A DNA stretch of 64,000 bases from Octopus bimaculoides (lineage: Eukaryota): positions 54,299,157 to 54,363,156 of the forward strand of contig NC_068994.1 of assembly GCF_001194135.2 (NCBI RefSeq), read 5' to 3'. The position numbers were made by a program, and so were the translations under genes. The notes below the pieces were generated by a model. It was not told the DNA's origin, ran no database searches, and saw only the letters and a program-made list of their open reading frames with translations. Below are positions 52,710 through 64,000 of the stretch, piece after piece (positions within the stretch are counted from its first letter, which is position 1; each line of letters starts with the position of its first letter).

Positions 52710-53051
52710 CTCTTTTACTTGTTTCAGTCATTTGATTGTAGCCATGCTGGAGCACCACCTTTAGTCGAGCAAATCGACCTCAAGACTTATTCTTTGTAAA
52801 CCTAGTACTTATTCTATCGTTCAGTTTTACCGAACTGCTAATTACACGTACACCACATACAAATATACACATACTCTCATTTTCTGTTAAACCATCGAAA
52901 CAAGAAACCAAATGAGGTGCGCACACACATACATAAAACGGAAGAACTTCGTCGTTCAACTTGCCAAAGTTAGCAGCCAAATCACTTTTGAATCTCACCC
53001 TATTGCCTTGGGATGTGACACAATCTGATCCCAGGCTGCCTGTATATGGGC

Positions 53052-53097
<46 letters not shown>

Positions 53098-53240
53098 CGG
53101 GCTTCTTTCAGTTTCAGTTAAATTCACTCACTAGGCTTTGGTCGGCCCAAGTCTGTAGTAGAAGACATCCAAGGTGCTACGCAGTGGGACTGAACCTGGG
53201 ACCATATGTTTGGGAAGTAAACTTTTTAACTACACAACCA
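52710..53240 (-). mobile_element. SINE family B with expanded internal spacer
   Basis: Family B tail at 52710-52850 and head at 53095-53240, both on minus. Confidence 0.8.
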
Positions 53241-53254
53241 CACACACATATATA

Positions 53255-53670
53255 CGAGGGGTTGCTGAAAAGTTCCTGGCTTTAAGGGTGTCGTGAAAGG
53301 CCTGGCTGGAGGCCCAACTTTCCCAGTTCTTTTACAGGGCTTAGAANNNNNNNNNNNNNNNNNNNNNNNNNNNNNNNNNNNNNNNNNNNNNNNNNNNNNN
53401 NNNNNNNNNNNNNNNNNNNNNNNNNNNNNNNNNNNNNNNNNNNNNNNNNNNNNNNNNNNNNNNNNNNNNNNNNNNNNNNNNNNNNNNNNNNNNNNNNNNN
53501 NNNNNNNNNNNNNNNNNNNNNNNNNNNNTTTACAGGGCTTAGAAAAACTGAAGGACCACTGAAATAAGTGTGAGAATCTGAGAGGGGTAATATGTCGAAT
53601 AAAACCATAATTAACTGATCCTCCTGTATTTTCTTTTACCCAAAGCCAAGAACTTTCCAGCGCGCCCTCG
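53255..53670. mobile_element. Mariner-derived MITE with ~30-bp TIRs and TA target duplication
   Basis: TA|CGAGGGGTTGCTGAAAAGTTCCTGGCTTT ... AAAGCCAAGAACTTTCCAGCGCGCCCTCG|TA; the interior resembles a mariner 3' end. Confidence 0.85.
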
Positions 53671-53904
53671 TACGCACAGAGAAACCACACTAATAAAACA
53701 GAGACAAAGATACGGATAGAGACTTGGGAAACAGCTTGCTTTTACAAGTGAAGTCAGTGGAAAGCTCTGCATACCATATGCCAGAAGGTTTCAGGAGTCA
53801 TCAGAGGAAATGATACACCGTTTCGAGGCCTTCTTCTCGACGGATTTACAGCGCATTGTCCTCATCCGTCTACTGATATGGGATCTCCACATATTGTGCC
53901 CGTG

Positions 53905-54270
53905 TCTTTTACTTGTTTCAGTCATTGGACTGTGGCCTTGCTAGGTTATCACCTTGAAGGGTTTTAATCAAAGAAAAGAACCCATGTATTTATCTTTCAC
54001 AGTCCGCTACCTATTCTATCAATTTCTTTTGCTGAACTGCCAAGTTATGGGGACACAAACAAGTCAACGCCGATTGTCTAGCATTGGTGGTGTGGTGGGA
54101 GCATACACAAAGGAAAAGACACACACACACATACATATATACACTCACATACACACGGGCTTTATGCATATGTATACACAAATGGGGTTCTTTCAATTTT
54201 CGTCTTTCAAATCTATTCACAAGGCTTTGGTTAGTCTGGGGCTATAGTAGAAGACATTTGCCCAAGTAGG
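53905..54270 (-). mobile_element. SINE family B
   Basis: TTTTACTTGTTTCAGTCATTGGACTGTGGCC...GGGCTATAGTAGAAGACATTTGCCCAAG. Confidence 0.8.
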
Positions 54271-55621
54271 TATTCGGCCTCAGGTTTATTTCCGGATCAT
54301 CACACCTCCAGCTAGGTTTCATCGTTCTTTCTCAGCCACATAGCTACGAACCCAAAACCACGTAAACTCATATCTAAGCAATAATACACATGTACATATT
54401 GATCGACTTACACGCATGCAGACTCTATATAGATCCACACGCGCACACACTCGCTCATGCACGCACACACGCACTCCAGCCGTGTGTGCTAGCAAAGCCC
54501 GCGAAATAAACGGTTCAAGAGAAAATCATAAAAGAAAATTATGTCGATAAACAAACACAAGCGAAATTATTTTATGTTTATTATCTTCAATAAAATTACA
54601 AGAATCTTCAGCTTTAATTGAACTACTGATGTCTGATTTCTATTGATTAAGTCAGGTCGATGCTCGAGACATCAAAGAGAGTCTCTGTTGCCACTCGATC
54701 CGCTAGAAACAGAAGGTGAAATCTCCCTCAAATCATGCCAACAGTCTTGAAAAAGCGGGATTGGTGAGAAAGACACGTTTTGAAATGTAATATTCGACTC
54801 ACTATGTCTGAAACAGATGGAAAGAAAGAAGAAGAACGTGATGGCCACAACTGGAACACTTTTGGTTGTAGATAGGTCTACTCAATTTGTTCTAACCTAG
54901 GGCTAAAATAATATTATCATACTACACTAATAGCCAAATACCACCACTACTTATACGCACATACACATACACAAAATACCAGATATATTAACAACCAAAA
55001 TGTCACACATACATACATAGATGCATAAACACCACACACACACGCACACACACATATAAATATGTGCATACGTGCACGTAAAATATCACACGTACTACAC
55101 ATAAAATGCCACATTCACACATATAAAACATACATACATAAACACCCAAACACCTCATATGTGCATATATACATACGCACCCCCCCCACACACACACACG
55201 CGCGTAAACGATTAAACACTACATATAAACATCTACAAAAGAAACCACCTTCACTTCTACCTCCTCCATCACTACCACCACAAAACGTATCAACCGATAC
55301 TTGTGATCCAGGGACTGAACAACCAATAACAGCAACAGCTCCTTTCTAAGGTCACGCACAGGAATTATTCGGCACCACAATTTTTTTTATTTATTTATAT
55401 AGGGTCACTCATCTCTTCTCTCTTTTACTCTTTGTCTCTCTCTCTCTCTCTCTTTCTCTTTCTTTGACTATTTGTCTCTCTTTCTCTAAGTTCTCCCTGC
55501 ATCTCTGCCTCTCTTTCCTTCTTTTTTCTGTCTGCTTGTCTCCTCCGCCTCTCTATTTCTCTCGGTCTTTCATTCTGTTTATCTCTCCCTTTCTGTTTGT
55601 CTCTATCTATCTATCTGTCTC

Positions 55622-55658
<37 letters not shown>

Positions 55659-57184
55659 TTATCTTCTGTCTGTCTTTCGGTCTCCTTGTGTCTATCATTC
55701 CCTCTCTGTCGCTCTTTCTTTTCTCTGTCTCATTTTCTCTCTCTGTCTTCTAGTCTTTCTCCCTCCCTTTCTCTGTCTATATATACCTCTTTTAATCTCT
55801 TTCTTTCTCGTATCGATTTGCGTGGGATGCATACAAGTCATTACCATTTCTTATCGATATTTCTCGTTCTCTCGCCTCTCAATGAGTGACATTGGCCACC
55901 TCCCCACCGCCACCAACCGTGAGTCGAGTCTTCTCGAGTCTGTGCTTTGACACGATTTTTACCGATTCCAGTTCTCATTTTGTAAATCTAATCGCTTTAT
56001 TTCATTCGATTTAACGAACAAACGTCGCGTAGGATTTCTTGAAGAAACGAAAGAAATGAAATGGCACGAGCATTCATTCCATCATTCTCTTCTTCTCTCA
56101 GTCATTCTATTATTCTGTTGTTCCATTTCCCCATTATTCTGTTATTCTATCATTCCATTTCCTGAGGTACTTTTTGCCTCAAAAGATTCTGGTGAAATGA
56201 CGAACTCAACGAGTCATAAGCAAATTGAAGCCCGCGGGACTTTCTGAATGGCACGCCTTGCGAAAAATTACTTTGAAATGTTTTTAGTAGTACGGCTCGC
56301 CTGATACGGCCCGTTTCTCGGAAAAGGTTGCTCCAGTTTGAACTAAAGAACTGCATTTTTATCTGGGTTTATAGTTACTTAGTGCCTTCACCAACTTACG
56401 AGGGTGGGATAGCACGATCACTTCTGGAGTGTCTTTCATCGTAAGTCTACAACTAGATCAGACTGACCTGAGGCCAAACAACAGGTTTACGCAACGCAAC
56501 GAAACCAGACCACTTTATAGTGATCTTTCAATTTGCTAAAAGTAGTAACTAAATCTCCCTGAAGGACACCTGATTGTCTGCAAAAAGGACATTATATAAC
56601 GCAGTTGGAGATGCACTTCACCTATAACGAAACGGGTATGATAACCCCACTAGAAACGAAGTGAGTTGATCTGATATTAACAACAATAGAGTTCTGAGTT
56701 CAAATCATACCGAATTCAACCTTGCCATTATCCTTCTGGGGTCGATAAACTATGTACCAATGTTGTGAAATTACTAGAGCCAAGTTACTGTTTGTCTTCT
56801 GCTTTTTTTAAAAATCTGCCTGTGACTATCTCGTCTTTTTTCTTCCAAAATGTCATAACTTTATTTAAAGCCAGTCGGTTGTGATTTGATGGAGACTTTT
56901 GGCTGTTAGTTCTTGCATGTCGAGTGATCACGTAGAGGAGGCGCGGGCAACCTTTTTCGAAAAGCAAGATGCATAACGCATGGATCATCGCCATGCGTGT
57001 AGCACTGTCCCTCGGGCCGCAAGTTGCTTAGAAGCTCCTTCGTTTGTTCGTTTCCCGAAAACAGAAACTGTTGACGCTGTTTTCTACCACTTATATATAA
57101 ACATACATATACACACAAATGTGTATCTATCAACGTAATTGTATATTTATACGTATAACCTTATTTTTGTTCCATTCTCAACCC

Positions 57185-57228
57185 AAACTGTCCGACGAAC
57201 GGGAACGTGAAACTGTGAGTAACAGTTT
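57185..57228 (+). ncRNA. Compact type I hammerhead ribozyme, U4-to-C core variant (GUA triplet)
   Basis: AAACTGT (helix I, 57185-91) CCGACGA (57192-98) ACG-GGAA-CGT (helix II) GAA ACT-GTG-AGT (helix III) A ACAGTTT (57222-28); all three helices are perfectly paired. Confidence 0.7.
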
Positions 57229-57929
57229 TTGTGATGTCTTTGCAGTGTGTTTTATATGCATACACACACAAGTTCTCAACGATCAAGATTAAAACTGAAA
57301 GCTAGTGTTGTTTAGGCCCAGGTCAGCCCTGACCGAGTTGACATACGAACAAAGACATTCCCATCGTGGCCATTTGGTCAGATAAGGGAAGATATTTAGG
57401 ACTGTATCTAATGTGTCCTTTCCTTATTTTGGGATGGTACGGACCAGTTAGCTATTTCGGGACCAGCTAGCTATTTCTAACTGGTCGAACGACAACGAAG
57501 AACAAGATTGGGCAGCCTTTTTTTTCAAAAAGACTGGGGCTTCATGAGACATAGACCTTCATCAGGCAAGCCGCACTGCTAAAAATATTCGAGGTAATTT
57601 TTCTTTATGGGTATCTGTCAGGAAATCCCGAGGGACGCAGTTTATCGATAAATGACGGAGAAGTTCCCGTGAAAACAATTGCGGCTTCGTGGTTGGCACG
57701 TACATGCTGGCATATACCACCCATACCCCACCTCTCCAGTTTTAGTCAGGAGGGAAGGGCAGTGCTCTTGTGACCCTTTACAGAGCATCAGAAACTGGTC
57801 TGGGGGAGAGAGGGAGGTACTCTCAAATGGGAAACTTAGTCTCAATGTTTACAATAGGGTGAACTCCGTTAACGGCACTCAGGGAGCCTGGTGATGTTTT
57901 TAATCTGGACGACAGATTAAGTCCAGTTT

Positions 57930-57971
<42 letters not shown>

Positions 57972-58174
57972 GTCTGTTTGTCAATATACACACATATATA
58001 CATATATATCTATATGTTTATAATTGTTATTCGAAATGACATATACGAGAGCATCTTTCCCCTGACTTATGAACTCTTAGACGACTCATGTATGTTTATA
58101 CACACAAACACACACATATATTTGTATGTATATATTATATATGTGTACATATCAGTACATGTAATTTTTTAAAG

Positions 58175-58268
58175 ATTAATAATCGGCAGAAGTTACAGAG
58201 TGACTCATGGGCCGAGAGTTTCGTGCGTTGGCCCCTGAGTCACTCTGTAACTTGAGCCGATTATTAAT
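58175..58268. repeat. 94-nt hairpin: 39-bp arms with 3 mismatches and a 16-nt loop
   Basis: ATTAATAATCGGC-AG-AAGTTACAGAGTGACTCA-T-GGGCC ... GGCCC-C-TGAGTCACTCTGTAACTT-GA-GCCGATTATTAAT. Confidence 0.9.
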
Positions 58269-59029
58269 AAAAAAAAACATGTACTTACTCATGTTTTGAG
58301 TTCTATTTTCCTGCTGCATCACCAAACTTACAAGTATGTATGTATGTATGTATGTATGTATGTATGTATGTGTGTTCGTGTCTGTGTATGAGAGAGAGAA
58401 AGGGAGAGAGAGAGACGAGGAGATAGTAAGATAATAGACAGAAAGATCGATAGACAGACAGATGGATACACGTTTACAACCAGACCAAATGTCAACAGGG
58501 TTCCATCATCTGATCTCATCTTGAGCACCTAAAAGTCGATGCGTGTCACTTAGAAAAATGGTGAAGCGAAACTTCACGTAGCAAGGTGAATATAGAGTGA
58601 GAGAGAAGGGGGAGGGAGAGAGAGTTAATGTGTGTGTGTGTTGAGAGAAAGAGATAGGGAGTGAAAGGTAGAAATACGTGTGAGAAAGGTGTGTATGTGA
58701 GAGAGAGACAGAAAGAGAGAATGAGTGAAATGATGGGTATACGTGAGAGAGAGATAGGGAGAAACTATGTGAGGGAGAAACTTTGTATGAGAGAGAGAGA
58801 GAGAGAGAGAGTAAAAGAATGTGTATGAGTGAAAATGTGAAGGGAAGAGGAAGGAACGCGAGCCGAACAAAATGTGTATATATTTGTGTGTGCGCGTGTG
58901 TATGTTTGTCTGCGTTCGTGTGAGAGAAAAGAGTGTATGTGTACGTGTACGTGTGTGTGTGTGTGCAAAGTACCCATGTGTGTGCGTGTGTATATGTATC
59001 ACAGAAAGAGAGGATATGTGTGCATGCGT

Positions 59030-59400
59030 ATGTAAAAGAGCCAGTGTTTATGAGTGTGAGTGCATGTGAGAGAGGAGGAAGAGAGAGAGAAAGAAAGAGA
59101 GTACATGTGTATGCAGAGCGCCAGTGTTTATGAGTGCAAGTGAGAGTGTGATAGAGTGAAAGAGAGAGAGAGGGAGGATATGTATGAGTGTATGTAAAAG
59201 AGCCAATGTTTGAGTGTGAGTGCGTATATGAGTGTAAGAGAAAGAGAAAGAGGATGTGTGTACATGTGTATGCAAGAGAGCATACATGTGTGTGTGTGTT
59301 TGCGAGAAAGAACGAGAGAGAGAGAAACGTAGAGGGGGTGGAGGATATGCATACGTGTGTATGAAAGGGAGCCAGTGTCTGAGTGTAACTGTGTTTGAGT
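59030..59400 (+). repeat. Cryptic minisatellite with ~80-bp degenerate units
   Basis: Anchor AGAGCCAGTGTTTATGAGTG variants at about 59037, 59117, 59199 and 59368. Confidence 0.65.
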
Positions 59401-61199
59401 GAGAGGGAATGTAAGTGTGAGTGTAAGTGTGTGTTTGTGTTGCATGGCGGAGAGACCGTTACCAAATTGAAAGAAAAATGTGTTCTGTTGGTTGCATAGG
59501 ATCATCGTTTTAGTATATGACTATTATTTACAAAACACGATGGTGGTTCACAGAGCATCTCTCTTCCCCCCATTTTATCTTATGTATCCACTCACATAAA
59601 ACAATGTCACATTCCTTTAAAACAAATTTTAAAAAATGCAGACGACCATTTATTATTCTTTTTCGAAGAATTTAATAAATGTGTGTGTGTATGTGAGACG
59701 TAAATATGTTGTGCTGTGTGTGTGTGTGTGTATGAGTTAATAGAAATGTGTACGTACGTGATGGATGTATGTATAGGTGGGTACGTACGTGAGTATGGAT
59801 GTGTATATGTATGTATGTAAATGTATTTTATGTTAGTGTATGTTTGTGCATGCGTGCATGTATGCATACTTGGACACGTACGTAAGTGCATGTTAGTGTA
59901 TGTACGTGCATGTGTGTACATAAGGGTACGTACGCAAGTGTGTGAATGAGCATGTGCGTGAACATGTGTGTGTATGCGTATATATATGTGTGTGTGTGTG
60001 TGTATGTATGTATGCATGGGTACATACGTGAATGTATTTATGCCAGTNNNNNNNNNNNNNNNNNNNNNNNNNNNNNNNNNNNNNNNNNNNNNNNNNNNNN
60101 NNNNNNNNNNNNNNNNNNNNNNNNNNNNNNNNNNNNNNNNNNNNNNNNNNNNNNNNNNNNNNNNNNNNNNNNNNNNNNNNNNNNNNNNNNNNNNNNNNNN
60201 NNNNNNNNNNNNNNNNNNNNNNNNNNNNNNNNNNNNNNNNNNNNNNNNNNNNNNNNNNNNNNNNNNNNNNNNNNNNNNNNNNNNNNNNNNNNNNNNNNNN
60301 NNNNNNNNNNNNNNNNNNNNNNNNNNNNNNNNNNNNNNNNNNNNNNNNNNNNNNNNNNNNNNNNNNNNNNNNNNNNNNNNNNNNNNNNNNNNNNNNNNNN
60401 NNNNNNNNNNNNNNNNNNNNNNNNNNNNNNNNNNNNNNNNNNNNNNNNNNNNNNNNNNNNNNNNNNNNNNNNNNNNNNNNNNNNNNNNNNNNNNNNNNNN
60501 NNNNNNNNNNNNNNNNNNNNNNNNNNNNNNNNNNNNNNNNNNNNNNNNNNNNNNNNNNNNNNNNNNNNNNNNNNNNNNNNNNNNNNNNNNNNNNNNNNNN
60601 NNNNNNNNNNNNNNNNNNNNNNNNNNNNNNNNNNNNNNNNNNNNNNNNNNNNNNNNNNNNNNNNNNNNNNNNNNNNNNNNNNNNNNNNNNNNNNNNNNNN
60701 NNNNNNNNNNNNNNNNNNNNNNNNNNNNNNNNNNNNNNNNNNNNNNNNNNNNNNNNNNNNNNNNNNNNNNNNNNNNNNNNNNNNNNNNNNNNNNNNNNNN
60801 NNNNNNNNNNNNNNNNNNNNNNNNNNNNNNNNNNNNNNNNNNNNNNNNNNNNNNNNNNNNNNNNNNNNNNNNNNNNNNNNNNNNNNNNNNNNNNNNNNNN
60901 NNNNNNNNNNNNNNNNNNNNNNNNNNNNNNNNNNNNNNNNNNNNNNNNNNNNNNNNNNNNCTATATACTCACACACAAGTAGGGACGGAAAGAGATGCGT
61001 ATATTTATTATGCATATATATATATACACACACACGGGTTTCCATTTACTTCAGTTTATTATATTCCATGATGTTATCGTTTGAAATATATATTTATTTT
61101 ATTCATTATTTTCTTTTTCGTGTTTTCATATTTATTGAGATGAAGGAAAATAGTTTACAAGAATGCTTCTCTTATTCATCATATTATGTACCTATATAC

Positions 61200-61246
<47 letters not shown>

Positions 61247-61387
61247 TGTATGTTTGTGTGTGGTGTATATGTCTATGTATGCATGTGATATGTGTATGTA
61301 TGCATGTGTTTGTATGTATGTGTATATGGATTGATATATGATTGAATAGATGAATGTGTGGACGGATGCTTGCATGCCAGCACGTAG

Positions 61388-61431
<44 letters not shown>

Positions 61432-61594
61432 ATAGATGGTTAGCTGGCTGACTGCCTGGATATAAATACGTATGTACATGGAAACAAACGTGGCCGAATG
61501 CTTAAGAAATTCACTTCGCAATCTACGAGGTCCCCGGTTCGATCTCGCTTAGCATTTTGCTTAACTATCTTAAATATATATATATATATATACT

Positions 61595-61880
61595 GCGTGG
61601 CACCTTGTGAATGGATTTGGTAGATGGAAACTGAAAGAAGCCCGTCGTACATATATATATGTATATATATGTTTATGTGTCTGTGTTTGTCCCCCACCAC
61701 GGTTGACAACCGATGTTGGTGTGTTTACGTCCCCGTAATATAGCGGTTCGGCAAAAGAGAACCGATAGAATAAGTACTAGGCTTACAAAGAATAAGTCCT
61801 GGGGTCGATTTGTTCGACTAAAGGTGATGCTTCAGCATGGCCGCAATCAAATGACTGAAACAAATAAAAGAATAAAAGTA
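61595..61880 (+). mobile_element. SINE family B
   Basis: CTGCGTGGCACCTTG...GTAGATGGAAACTGAAAGAAGCCCGTCG...CAGCATGGCCGCAATCAAATGACTGAAACAAATAAAAG. Confidence 0.9.
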
Positions 61881-62592
61881 TATATATATGTATGTATATA
61901 TACACATATATACTTAGATATGATATAATATATACAAACATACACACAAAATATTGGTTGTCTTATTGTCAGTTGCTTGGTCACGCTAAAATTGTCACGC
62001 TTCCTTATATGGAATTAATCAATGCATTTCATTTGTAAATTAATTGATACTTAAACAGAATTTATTGTTATTGATGATGACATTCATTGCAAAAATACAA
62101 ATGAGAAATTTATTTCCCCTTAATTTAATTTTAAAGTAATTAATAGTTTCATTTTTTTTTTATTTTCCAAATTTGCATATATTTCAATTGTTTTGTATGA
62201 ACACCACTGAAATTGAAAAATAAAACAGTTTGGTTGAAAAGTATTTTCCCAGTTCAGACAAACACCACACACTCACAAACTCGTGTGTGTGTACTAGTGT
62301 TTCTCGTTATATATATGTGTGTGTGTGTATATGTATATATATATATATATAATCTAAGCTATATGATGTATATGTGTATACATATATATATATATACACA
62401 CACACATACCTATATGTATGCATATCTATATATTCATAAATTCATAGATATGTATGTATATCTGTCTATCTCTTTCTATATCTGTCTATTTATCTATCTA
62501 TTTACCTCTATGTATGTATGAATTACGTCTAGACATAGTAAATAACTTCTAAGTTAAGAACATTTCTAGGCGTGTCTGTCTGTCTGTAACTT

Positions 62593-62637
<45 letters not shown>

Positions 62638-63755
62638 ACACACACACACACACGTACGTACACACACACACACACACAGTCCAGTCGAGTGTCCCACCGC
62701 CAATTCGTTTGTTTGTCCTCTCGTTTTCAACCACAAGCTTCTTGCATAAATTAACCCGATGCCTTTGTTTACTGTTGACAACACTCAACATGGTGATTGT
62801 AGTAGTAATAGTAGTAGCAATAGTAGTAGTAGTAGTAGTAAGAGTAGTACTTATAAGAGTCGTTGTAACAGTTACTAGTGTAGTAATAAGAGCGGCAGCA
62901 GCAGCAATAGAATAGTCGTAGTTGTAGGGGTCGTAGTAATTACTGTAGTAAGAATTGTAGTAGCTATTTTAGGAGTAGTACTAGTTTTAATAAGAATACT
63001 AGTAGTAATATTTGTAGTTGTTTAGTCCGGGTATACAACACACACAGACACGCACCTAATAATATGTTCCATTCCAGTTATGACCATCCTGTTTTGTTTT
63101 TATATCTGTATTTGTATACGAAACATATCTGTTACTTTTGTGTTGTTAAGACGGTTAGAAGATGGTTTTAAAAGGAATTTCGCTGTTATTTCTAGCAAAT
63201 TTAGCGACTGTGTAACAGCTGCTCATCCCTTCCCGCCATCGCTCGTCGTTTTGCTGGATGTGATTGATGTGATTGATGAAGATCGATCAATCTGTTCGAT
63301 TATGTTTGGTGCTGTTACTCATTGTTGTTTGTTGTTTTGTTTCAGTGTCTACGTTCACCACATTACAGGAATACAACGTGCGCCAAAACAGCAGGGGTGG
63401 TAGCAAAGATCACCTTTTAAACCTGGTGATCACGGCTGGAATGTACATTTACCACAGGGCTTAGTTGATTAATACTGACCTGGAGTGAAATAACATTACA
63501 CGTGTTGTTGTCTTACTTGACTTTATTGTTGTTTAATTAAATATTAGATTAGCCCTGATTAAGCAAACCTAGGACCAAAGGCAATCCAGCCTTGACTATC
63601 TCTCCTCTCTCTCTCGTTTAAAATTTTTTTTTTTTAATGGATTTTGAGATGTCGAAGCCTACATTGTCTGATGGTTCTTTTCTCTTTTAAGTCGGTGGCG
63701 GCAGTGTTTTGTTTGTTATTTGTGAGAGATTGAAGTATTATTTTCTAGCAGATGA

Positions 63756-63960
63756 GGCGGTGAGCTGGAAGAATCGGTTAGCACGCCGGACAAAGTGCTT
63801 AGCAGCATTTTGTCCGTCGTTAGTTCTGAGGCGAAAATCCACCGAGGTCGACTTTGTTTTTTTATCCTTTCGGGCGTCGATAAAAACAAGTACCATTTCA
63901 AGCACTGGGGTTGATGTAATCCACTTAACTCATCCCCCGAAAATTGTTGGCCCTGTTGCC
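63756..63960 (+). mobile_element. SINE family A, diverged full-length copy
   Basis: GGCGGTGAGCTGGAAGAATCGGTTAGCACGCCGGAC...AAGTACCATTTCAAGCACTGGGGTTGATG. Confidence 0.85.
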
Positions 63961-64000
63961 CATTGTTTCTAGCAGGTGGTGAATAAATTATTGTTCTTGG

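Noticed and set aside
53329-53546. Direct repeat TTTACAGGGCTTAGAA on both sides of a gap
   Set aside because: Most likely a contig overlap, making the gap spurious; not evidence of a biological duplication.
53780-53850. Minus-strand CTGATGA-CTCCT-GAAAC and GAGAAGA-AGGCCTC-GAAAC motifs
   Set aside because: Helix II is too short or the core is broken, and there is no helix I; at best a decayed relic.
57535-57570. Minus-strand CTGATGAAGG...GAAGC
   Set aside because: The GAAA box is mutated and the helices do not pair.
61489-61550. tRNA-like A/B boxes here and at other SINE heads
   Set aside because: No cloverleaf; these are SINE 5' ends, not tRNA genes.

Overview
This is an AT-rich, microsatellite-saturated, gapped (12 N-runs) stretch of animal non-coding DNA. 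The SINE families resemble those I associate with octopod cephalopods; this is recognition, not a database result. I can support no intact protein-coding gene, rRNA, functional tRNA or CRISPR array. The long ORFs in the track are artefacts of N-gaps or simple repeats, or are transposon relics. The window contains at least four tRNA- or LINE-derived SINE families, several decayed mariner/Tc1 copies plus a mariner MITE, and fragments of Tx1/L1, RLE-type (R4-like) and Penelope-like retroelements. The most interesting signal is a set of type I hammerhead ribozyme folds in Penelope-like terminal-repeat remnants. Two intact copies sit head-to-head as a ~96% identical inverted pair (3668-3753 minus, 4353-4438 plus), each with a long branched helix II and a palindromic helix III. 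Further near-intact folds from other families lie at 11901-11991, 22024-22058 and 57185-57228, with degenerate relics elsewhere. Other notable structures: two near-perfect local fold-back duplications (117 bp and 178 bp arms, one mismatch each), a 94-nt hairpin, a MITE-like element whose arms preserve a perfect octamer+CCAAT module, and a nested insertion stack inside one mariner relic. All coordinates and alignments were read by eye.
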